From NCBI GenBank assembly GCA_003598025.1, contig QZKH01000002.1, positions 138,133 through 202,132 on the forward strand: a DNA stretch of 64,000 nt, in the 5' to 3' direction. The stretch comes from Candidatus Omnitrophota bacterium. GTDB lineage: Bacteria; Omnitrophota; Gorgyraeia; Gygaellales; Profunditerraquicolaceae. Made by a program: the position numbers and the translations under genes. The notes below the pieces were generated by a model. The model saw nothing but the letters and a program-made list of their open reading frames with translations, made no database searches and had not been told where the DNA came from. The first letter of the stretch is position 1. Every line of letters begins with the position of its first letter. Shown here in pieces: positions 57,510-64,000 of this stretch.

Positions 57510-57538
57510 ATTATAGCATTTTATTGCAGTTTGTCAAT
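57510..57538 (-). promoter_or_regulatory. Sigma70-type promoter of the cold-shock gene, with a long 5' UTR
   Basis: On the - strand: TTGACA (57538..57533), 17 nt, TATAAT (57515..57510). The roughly 110-nt leader contains a hairpin at about 57423..57462. Confidence 0.5.
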
Positions 57539-57548
57539 GGAATTTATT

Positions 57549-57670
57549 AGTTCATAGTTCATAGTTGATAGTTCATAGCTCACTGAACGTATTGCGTATA
57601 GCGTAGTGCGTATGGTGCCCTTGTGACTAGCTGCTCCCCATTCTATGAACCATGAACCATGAACCATGGA
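57549..57670. repeat. Composite repeat region: direct GTTCATAG octamers, three GCGTAK units, then inverted CATGAAC repeats
   Basis: agttcatagttcatagttgatagttcatag ... gcgtatagcgtagtgcgtatg ... ctatgaaccatgaaccatgaaccatggacc. Confidence 0.6.
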
Positions 57671-57685
57671 CCAATCGACCAATTA

Positions 57686-57713
57686 TTGACTAATAGTCAA
57701 TTACTGATATAAT
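57686..57713 (+). promoter_or_regulatory. Sigma70-type promoter for the tRNA-like element, tRNA-Thr and possibly the downstream MFS gene
   Basis: TTGACT (57686..57691), 16 nt, TATAAT (57708..57713). Confidence 0.5.
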
Positions 57714-57774
57714 TTAATAGTCAAAATACATATAATTATCCGGTTTTGTGCGTTTTAGCTGATAATCGTTGTTT

Positions 57775-57863
57775 GCCGGCGTAGCTCAGCTCCGACGTGC
57801 TCTTTTCATTCGCAGTCGGAGTCCCGACCTCCGTAGCTTGTTTAATTTGATGGAGCGTCGGGA
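57775..57863 (+). other. Aberrant tRNA-like / GC-rich structured element (no acceptable cloverleaf found)
   Basis: Begins GCCGGCGTAGCTCAGC (tRNA 5'-like) and contains a T-arm-like CGGAG-TCCCGAC-CTCCG. No consistent D or anticodon arms. 3' CGTCGGG could pair 6/7 with the 5' end. Confidence 0.2.
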
Positions 57864-57886
57864 TTGGTAGAACAGCGTATATCTAT

Positions 57887-57959
57887 GCCGATGTAGCTCA
57901 GTTGGTAGAGCAGCGCTTTCGTAAAGCGCGGGTCGGAGGTTCAAATCCTCTCATCGGCT
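57887..57959 (+). tRNA. tRNA-Thr (anticodon CGT)
   Basis: Acceptor GCCGATG/CATCGGC, D arm GCTC-AGTTGGTA-GAGC, anticodon stem GCGCT/AGCGC with loop TTCGTAA, T arm GGAGG-TTCAAAT-CCTCT. Confidence 0.85.
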
Positions 57960-57969
57960 TTCTTAAAAT

Positions 57970-59223
57970 ATGTCAAAATTCAGGGAAATAATAAATAATC
58001 GCAATTTTTCTCTGCTTTGTTTGAGCCAGATCATTTCGCAGCTTGGGGACAGGCTCGGGCAAATGGCTTTGATAGGCTTCATATACCTCAGGGCCCCTGG
58101 TTCAAGCGTGGAAATAGCCAAGATCCTTTCGTTCACGATCATCCCTGTTTTTTTGATAGGCCCGATAGCCGGTGTCTATGTTGACAGGTGGGATAGGAGG
58201 CGCACTTTATATATTAGCGACCTGCTGAGGGGTTTGCTGGTTTTGGCCATACCGCTGTTTTTGTTTTACCTAAAGAGCCTCATACCGATTTATATTATGG
58301 TATTTTTAATTTTTTGTGTTGGCAGGTTTTTTGTCCCGGCCAAAATGTCTATAATCCCTGACCTGGTAGACAAGAAGGACTTTCTGATATCAAATTCTCT
58401 AGTAAACACTACCGGTATGATTGCAGCTGTGCTTGGCTTTGGCGTCAGCGGAATCCTGGTTGAATGGCTGGGGGCAAAAAGCGGATTTTATCTTGATGCC
58501 TTAGGTTTTTTTATTTCAGGCTCTTTAATATTTTTTATTACTAAGAAGTCTTCGCCTGGTATAGGTATAAAGAGCGTAAGCAAGGATATAGTGGAGGCTA
58601 TTCGCAAATCAGTTATCCAGGAGATAAAAGAGGGCCTGGTTTATTTTTTTAAGAGTAAGGAGATCCGGTTTACTGCATGGGTAAGTTTTGCTTTATGGGC
58701 TGCGCTTGGTTCTGTATATGTAGTGGTGATAGTTTTTGTCCAGAAAACACTCAATTCTGCTACCAAAGACCTGGGGCTTTTGATAATGTTCCTGGGGATA
58801 GGCCTATTTGCCGGGTCGCTTATTTACGGAAGATTCGGCCAGAAGATATCCCATTACAAAATTATTTTTATTTCTTTAATATTAAGTGGTATAATGCTGA
58901 TGATTTTTGCTACCACCTTAAACCATTTTCCGTCATTCTTTGTAGCGGCGATTTTGTCATCTGCGTTAGGTTTTTTAATCGCCCCTATTATTATCGCCTC
59001 CAACACAATAGTGCATAATGCCAGCGATAATGAAATGATGGGCAAAATATTCAGCTCTTTAGAGATAGTCATGCATTTAGGCTTCTTATTGTTTATGTTT
59101 TTAAGCAGTATGCTTGCCGAGCACATTCCGGAAGTATATATACTTACTGCTGTCGGAGTCACTTTAAGTATTTTAGGTACGGTTACCTTGAAATTTCACA
59201 GTAGGATAAAATGGTTAAATTAA
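57970..59223 (+). CDS. MFS transporter
   Basis: 12-TM MFS with FSLLCLSQIISQLGDRLGQMALIGFIY N-terminal region and a DRWDRRRT loop motif. Confidence 0.7.
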   Translation: MSKFREIINNRNFSLLCLSQIISQLGDRLGQMALIGFIYLRAPGSSVEIAKILSFTIIPVFLIGPIAGVYVDRWDRRRTLYISDLLRGLLVLAIPLFLFYLKSLIPIYIMVFLIFCVGRFFVPAKMSIIPDLVDKKDFLISNSLVNTTGMIAAVLGFGVSGILVEWLGAKSGFYLDALGFFISGSLIFFITKKSSPGIGIKSVSKDIVEAIRKSVIQEIKEGLVYFFKSKEIRFTAWVSFALWAALGSVYVVVIVFVQKTLNSATKDLGLLIMFLGIGLFAGSLIYGRFGQKISHYKIIFISLILSGIMLMIFATTLNHFPSFFVAAILSSALGFLIAPIIIASNTIVHNASDNEMMGKIFSSLEIVMHLGFLLFMFLSSMLAEHIPEVYILTAVGVTLSILGTVTLKFHSRIKWLN

Positions 59224-60488
59224 GAGAAAACAAAGAGCACACAGAACACTTAGGCATAGAAACAACCCCGCTTCCAAAGAAGGTTTATATACCATTGAGC
59301 CAGCATTTAGGCAAGCATTGCACTGCTATCGTTAAGCCTCAGGAGAGTGTATCTTTAGGGCAGGTTATCGGCAGGGCAGAGGCGCATGTCTGGGCGCCAA
59401 TACATGCTTCTGTCGCAGGCAAGGTCTTAGCTATTGATGATTGGATGCATCCGGTTTTAGGCGTGGCCAAGGCAATAGTCATAGAGACGGATATGGAGAA
59501 TAGCCGCCGGGATTATATATTACGTAGCGATAATGAGGTAAGCAGCTTAACCGAAGCGGACATAATAAAGGCGGTTTTTGATTCAGGCATTGTAGGTATG
59601 GGGGGAGCAAGCTTTCCTTCACATATAAAGCTCCATCCGGCAAAAGAAGTAGATACCCTCATTATTAACGGAGCCGAATGCGAGCCCTTCCTTAATTCGG
59701 ATAACCGCCTGATGATTGAAAAAGCCGCACAGATAATTTTAGGGATAGGCCTTGTTGCAAAATGCCTTAATGTTAAACAGGTTTATTTTGCGATAGAAAA
59801 TAATAAGCCCGAAGCTATAGAGGCTGTAGAAAAACGGTTGAATGGCACTTCTTACAAGCTAAAAGTGATAGAATCATTTTATCCCCAGGGAGGAGAAAAG
59901 CAGTTAATAAAGAATATCCTCAATAAAGAAGTACCCAGGGGAAAGCTCCCTTTTGATATCGGGGTCGTAGTGCATAATGTAGCTACGGTCTATGCAATAT
60001 ATGAGGCAGTTTATCTTAATAAGCCGCTCTACGAAAGAGTGGTGACTATTACCGGAGATTGCATTGCATCCCCTAAAAATTTGCTTGTAAGAATAGGCAC
60101 TCCTATAAGGGATTTGGTAGATTTCTGCGGTGGCTTCAAGAAAGAGCCGAGTAAAATAATTTTCGGCGGGCCGATGATGGGGATTGCACAGGCTAATCTG
60201 GATGTGCCGGTGGTTAAAAGCACTAACGGAGTAATCTTTATGTCAGAAGCAGACAGGGTATCAAGTCCTGCGTCTGATTGTATCCGTTGCAGCAGGTGTG
60301 TGCAGCAGTGCCCGGTAAGCCTTATGCCGTGCATGATTGCAGTTGCTTCAGAGAATGAGAAATGGGAACTAAGCAAGATTTACGGGGTGCTTGATTGTAT
60401 AGAATGCGGCGTATGCAATTATGTCTGTCCGCAGAAAATAAATATTGTGCAGTTAGTCAAATATGCAAAATTGAGGATGCCAAGATGA
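59211..60488 (+). CDS. rnfC: Rnf electron-transport complex subunit C
   Basis: NADH/FMN-binding region (GMGGASFPSHIKL) and two 4Fe-4S motifs (CIRCSRCVQQCP, CIECGVCNYVCP). Confidence 0.85.
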   Translation: MVKLRENKEHTEHLGIETTPLPKKVYIPLSQHLGKHCTAIVKPQESVSLGQVIGRAEAHVWAPIHASVAGKVLAIDDWMHPVLGVAKAIVIETDMENSRRDYILRSDNEVSSLTEADIIKAVFDSGIVGMGGASFPSHIKLHPAKEVDTLIINGAECEPFLNSDNRLMIEKAAQIILGIGLVAKCLNVKQVYFAIENNKPEAIEAVEKRLNGTSYKLKVIESFYPQGGEKQLIKNILNKEVPRGKLPFDIGVVVHNVATVYAIYEAVYLNKPLYERVVTITGDCIASPKNLLVRIGTPIRDLVDFCGGFKKEPSKIIFGGPMMGIAQANLDVPVVKSTNGVIFMSEADRVSSPASDCIRCSRCVQQCPVSLMPCMIAVASENEKWELSKIYGVLDCIECGVCNYVCPQKINIVQLVKYAKLRMPR

Positions 60489-61021
60489 AAGAAATGCTTA
60501 AATATGGTGTTATCCTGGGTATTGTGTGCCTGGTTTCAAGCAGCGTATTGGCTGTTGTTAATGCCGTAACTGAGCCTAACATAGAAAAACAGCGCCTGAA
60601 GCAGGAAACAGGGGCATTAAGCCTGATTATGCCGGAAGCCAGCGTATTCAAGCCTCATACCAAAGAAGACAAAACAAATTATTATATAGCATACGGCCAG
60701 GATAATAAAATAAAAGGTTTTATAATCAAGGCCGAAGGTAAAGGATACTCTTCGGTCATTGAGATATTGGCTGGTTTGAATGAAAAGCTGGAGATAACTG
60801 ATATTGTCATAATTTCTGCGAATGAGACGCCGGGTTTAGGGAGCAGGGTATCAGAACCTTCATTTATAGGCCAATTTAAAGGCAAGGACATCGCTTCCAT
60901 TGATAATGTACAGGCCATAACCGGCGCAACTATATCCTCAAGCGCTGTAATAAGGGCGGTAAAGAACTACCTGACGCAGCTTAAGCCCGAGCTGGAGAAA
61001 GAACTTATTAATGCAAAATAG
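60485..61021 (+). CDS. rnfG: Rnf complex subunit G (FMN-binding)
   Basis: Single N-terminal TM and FMN-attachment motif ITGATISSSAV. Start ATG 60485 overlaps the rnfC stop. Confidence 0.8.
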   Translation: MKEMLKYGVILGIVCLVSSSVLAVVNAVTEPNIEKQRLKQETGALSLIMPEASVFKPHTKEDKTNYYIAYGQDNKIKGFIIKAEGKGYSSVIEILAGLNEKLEITDIVIISANETPGLGSRVSEPSFIGQFKGKDIASIDNVQAITGATISSSAVIRAVKNYLTQLKPELEKELINAK

Positions 61022-61964
61022 GCTTATAGTTTCCACTTCTCCGCATCTTCGCGGAGATGACAACACTTCAAAGATAATGTGGGCAGTATGTTTTGCTTTA
61101 TTGCCTTCAGGTATAGCTTCAGTTGCTATATTCGGCATCTCTGCATTGAAAGTAATAGTAGCATCGGTTTTGAGCTGCGTGATCACTGAGGCCGCCGTTC
61201 AGAAGATGACGAAAAGAAAAGTAAGCGTAAGTGACGGCTCAGCGTTCCTTACAGGATTATTATTGGCATACAATCTTTCTTCTTCAGTGCCGCTATGGTT
61301 ACCGGTTGTAGGAGGGATGTTTGCTATAATTATCTGTAAGCAGTTCTTTGGAGGTTTAGGGAAGAACATTTTCAACCCGGCTTTGGCTGCCAGGGCGTTT
61401 TTGCTTGCCTCATGGCCTAAACATATGACCAGCTTTGTAAAGCCGTTTGACATTGATGCGGTGACTTCTGCTACGCCGCTTGCTATGTTAAAAGAAGCAA
61501 AAGTAGATTCATTTTCACAGTTAGGCCTTTCTTACCTGGATTTATTCATCGGCAATAGAGGCGGGTGCCTGGGTGAAGTATGCATAATAGCACTACTTAT
61601 AGGCGCAGCATACCTGTTATGGAAAGGTTATATATGGTGGCATACCCCGGCCAGCTTCATATCAACAGTGGCATTATTAAGTTTCTTATTCAGCCCTCAG
61701 GGTTTTATGAAAGGTGATATTTTATTCAGCATTATTTCAGGCGGCCTCATTTTGGGCGCATTTTTTATGGCCACTGACTATGTTACTACTCCTTTAACAT
61801 CCAAGGGGCAGTTAATATTCGGTTTTGGCTGCGGCGTAATAACATTTATTATACGCAGGTTTGGAGGTTATCCTGAAGGGGTTTCTTATTCAATCCTGAT
61901 TATGAATGCGGCAGTGCCTTTGATAGACAGGTATGTAAGGCCCAGGATTTACGGAGTAAAATGA
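61011..61964 (+). CDS. rnfD: Rnf complex subunit D
   Basis: NqrB/RnfD polytopic protein with SPHL N-terminus, LLTGLLLA, GGLGKNIFNPA, TSATPLA. Confidence 0.85.
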   Translation: MQNRLIVSTSPHLRGDDNTSKIMWAVCFALLPSGIASVAIFGISALKVIVASVLSCVITEAAVQKMTKRKVSVSDGSAFLTGLLLAYNLSSSVPLWLPVVGGMFAIIICKQFFGGLGKNIFNPALAARAFLLASWPKHMTSFVKPFDIDAVTSATPLAMLKEAKVDSFSQLGLSYLDLFIGNRGGCLGEVCIIALLIGAAYLLWKGYIWWHTPASFISTVALLSFLFSPQGFMKGDILFSIISGGLILGAFFMATDYVTTPLTSKGQLIFGFGCGVITFIIRRFGGYPEGVSYSILIMNAAVPLIDRYVRPRIYGVK

Positions 61965-62584
61965 AAAAGCTTATTAAGGAGTTAATGAAGGGTATAACAG
62001 TTGAGAATCCCACTTTTGGCTTGGTGTTAGGATTATGCCCAACGCTGGCAGTATCCACATCAGTCGTTAATGCAGTAGGTATGGGGGCTGCGGCTACATT
62101 TGTTTTGATCGGCTCCAATACGATTATTTCTTCTATCCGTAACTTTATACCCGATAAAATACGCCTTCCGGCATACATTGTCGTTATCGCTACTTTTGTT
62201 ACGATATGTGAATTGGTCATGAAGGCATATTTGCCGGCACTTGATGCGGCATTGGGGATATTTGTGCCATTGATTGTCGTAAACTGCATAATAATGGCAA
62301 GGGCAGAGGCATTTGCTTCAAAAAACAAAATCATGCCTTCGTTATTTGACGGTATAGGTATGGGGATAGGTTTTACAATAGGCCTTAGTACCATAGCCTT
62401 GATTCGTGAGATTATAGGTGCCGGGAGCATCTTTGGGATTAAGGTTATCCCTGGATACGAGCCGGCTATAACTTTAATACTTGCCCCCGGAGCGCTCCTT
62501 ACTCTCGGGATACTTATCGGGATAACTAATTTTATCAGGTTAAGAAAGGGAAGGCCTGCGATGAAGAAGGGAGGCTGTTGTTAA
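61961..62584 (+). CDS. rnfE: Rnf complex subunit E
   Basis: NqrD/RnfE family (FGLVLGLCPTLAVSTS). Confidence 0.85.
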   Translation: MKKLIKELMKGITVENPTFGLVLGLCPTLAVSTSVVNAVGMGAAATFVLIGSNTIISSIRNFIPDKIRLPAYIVVIATFVTICELVMKAYLPALDAALGIFVPLIVVNCIIMARAEAFASKNKIMPSLFDGIGMGIGFTIGLSTIALIREIIGAGSIFGIKVIPGYEPAITLILAPGALLTLGILIGITNFIRLRKGRPAMKKGGCC

Positions 62585-62585
62585 A

Positions 62586-63194
62586 ATGGATTTTGGCAGA
62601 ATTTTAACCATAGCGATCAGTATGGTTTTTATAAATAATTTTATTCTTTCGAAATTTCTAGGGTTATGCCCGTTTCTTGGCGTATCCAAAGAAACAAAGC
62701 CAGCCCTTTCAATGGGATTTGCCGTAATATTCGTTATGACATGTTCTGCAGCCATAACCTGGTTGTTATATAATTTTGTGCTGCTTAAATTTAATATTCC
62801 TTATCTTAGTACCGTTACATTTATATTGGTCATAGCTGCTTTTGTCCAGTTCATAGAGATGGTTATACGCAAGCATTCACCTCTTTTGTATAGGAGCTTG
62901 GGTATTTATCTGCCTTTAATCACAACTAACTGCGCTGTTTTAGGCGTTACTATACTTAATATCGATGATTTCTTTATAAAGGGGCAGGCTGTTGCCGGGA
63001 GCTTTGTTTATTCAGTAGCACAGGCATTTTTTGGAGGCATAGGGTTCCTTTTAGCATTAATCCTTATGTCCGGCATAAGAGAGAGGTTAGAACTGACTGA
63101 GAGCCCGAAATGTATGCAGGGGGTGCCGATTGCTTTTGTTATTGCTTCATTGATGAGCCTTGCTTTTATGGGTTTTGCGGGATTCTCCCGCTGA
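62586..63194 (+). CDS. rnfA: Rnf complex subunit A
   Basis: NqrE/RnfA family (FLGLCPFLGVSK). Confidence 0.85.
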   Translation: MDFGRILTIAISMVFINNFILSKFLGLCPFLGVSKETKPALSMGFAVIFVMTCSAAITWLLYNFVLLKFNIPYLSTVTFILVIAAFVQFIEMVIRKHSPLLYRSLGIYLPLITTNCAVLGVTILNIDDFFIKGQAVAGSFVYSVAQAFFGGIGFLLALILMSGIRERLELTESPKCMQGVPIAFVIASLMSLAFMGFAGFSR

Positions 63195-63250
63195 GTATTA
63201 TAGAATTTACGGGGTTTCTTGATATGAAATTCCCGAAGGGAAAATTTTAG

Positions 63251-64000
63251 AATGAATATTTTAATACCTGTCTTGATAGTTACTATTTTAGGCCTTGTTT
63301 TTGGGATATTACTGGCTTTGGCTTCCAGGAGATTCTGCGTTGAGGTTGACCCGCGCCTGGATAAGATTTATTCAAAACTTCCCGGTGCCAACTGTGGGGC
63401 CTGCGGCATGCCCGGATGCATGGGCTTTGCTGAGGCATTGATCCAGGGTACATGTACAATAGACCGTTGTGCGGTTACCGAGCAGGAAGTCAGGAAAGAA
63501 ATCGCTGAGATATTAGGCGTAGAGCATACTGTAAAAATAAAAAGAGCAGCGGTACTGCATTGTCATGGTGGTAACAAAAGGGTAAAGAATAAATTTGATT
63601 ACGTAGGCATTCAAGACTGCATCTCCGCAAATATCGTAATGTCCGGGCCAAAGGCCTGCGTATACGGCTGTATTGGTTATGGTACGTGCGCCAAGGTATG
63701 CCCTTTCGGCGCCATTGAAATGAGCACCGAGGATTTACCGGTAGTCAATGAAGACAAGTGCACTGCCTGCGGCAAGTGTGTTGCGGCCTGCCCCAAGGGG
63801 TTGTTTTCTCTTGTAAGCGTTAGCAAGAATTTTGCCGTGCGTTGTAAATCGCTTGATATGGGTAAGAAAGTTATGGATGTCTGTTCAGTCGGCTGTATTG
63901 CCTGCCGGAAATGCGAAAAGGCCTGCCCCGTAAAGGCGATTAGAATAGAGAACAACCTTTCTATTATAGACTATTCTCTCTGCGATAACCGCGGCCAATG
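63251..64000 (+). CDS. rnfB: Rnf complex subunit B (polyferredoxin), 3' end outside the window
   Basis: Not in the ORF track because no stop is reached. N-terminal TM, CGACGMPGCMGFAEAL, then repeated CxxCxxCxxxCP ferredoxin motifs. Open to the window end. Confidence 0.8.

Noticed and set aside
58677-59018. 113-aa + strand ORF inside the MFS transporter gene (alternate frame)
   Set aside because: It is an overlapping out-of-frame ORF within a 12-TM MFS gene; Cys/Phe-rich low-complexity translation with no RBS.

Overview
AT-rich bacterial chromosomal segment with a clear anaerobe gene complement. All recognised genes are on the + strand except one cold-shock gene on the - strand. I found no rRNA, CRISPR array, transposase or integrase gene.

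Gene content in order:
- A partial CDF metal transporter at the window start.
- An O2/ROS-detoxification island (about 496..9138): rubredoxin; two sulerythrin-like diiron proteins; an ECF sigma factor fused to a ZAS anti-sigma domain; a rhodanese; two Cys-rich micro-ORFs with strong RBS; a thiol peroxidase (Tpx) fused to a pterin-4a-carbinolamine dehydratase (PCD) domain; superoxide reductase; a 2-oxoacid:ferredoxin oxidoreductase alpha/beta pair; a PNPOx-like flavoprotein; glutaredoxin; TrxB; MazG.
- A promoter, an atypically long TPP riboswitch-like leader and thiS-thiG-thiH-thiF.
- An Rrf2 (CymR-like) regulator followed by cysH, a PiT-family (CysP-like) permease, cysK, sirC, hemA, hemC (truncated), cobA, hemB (with a GC-rich in-frame insertion), hemL and a small siroheme sulfite reductase.
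- metY, a second cysK, metX, metW.
- DUF1805-like protein, Nfu, a LarE-like PP-loop ATPase, cysteine desulfurase, birA.
- TonB-dependent receptor, cyclophilin, UvrD-family helicase, mnmA, nadA, a Cys4 PD-(D/E)XK nuclease, an RluA-family synthase, a CPBP membrane protease, uppP, a PfkB kinase, a YqeY-domain protein.
- A HypA-like protein lacking the Zn finger, then a group-3b [NiFe]-hydrogenase (beta-gamma-delta-alpha) and its maturation protease.
- An MFS transporter, a peptidoglycan-binding lipoprotein, then a promoter/terminator-bounded structured RNA with GEMM (c-di-GMP-I)-like motifs upstream of a GH1 glycosidase and a cNMP-binding patatin-like (NTE-like) phospholipase.
- A compact operon: lipoprotein, MazG-like pyrophosphatase, YjeF_N-only protein, PC4-like protein.
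- NSS transporter, lipoprotein, a CDP-alcohol phosphatidyltransferase.
- tRNA-Phe with a duplicated 3' half 145 nt downstream, gpmA, yajQ, a cold-shock gene (-), an aberrant tRNA-like element, tRNA-Thr, a second MFS transporter, and rnfC-G-D-E-A-B (rnfB runs off the window end).

Features the gene calls do not explain:
- Arrays of GTTCATAG octamers upstream of three promoter regions.
- A family of short GC-rich hairpin-rich insertions, found in-frame in hemB, inside the TPP riboswitch and next to tRNA genes.
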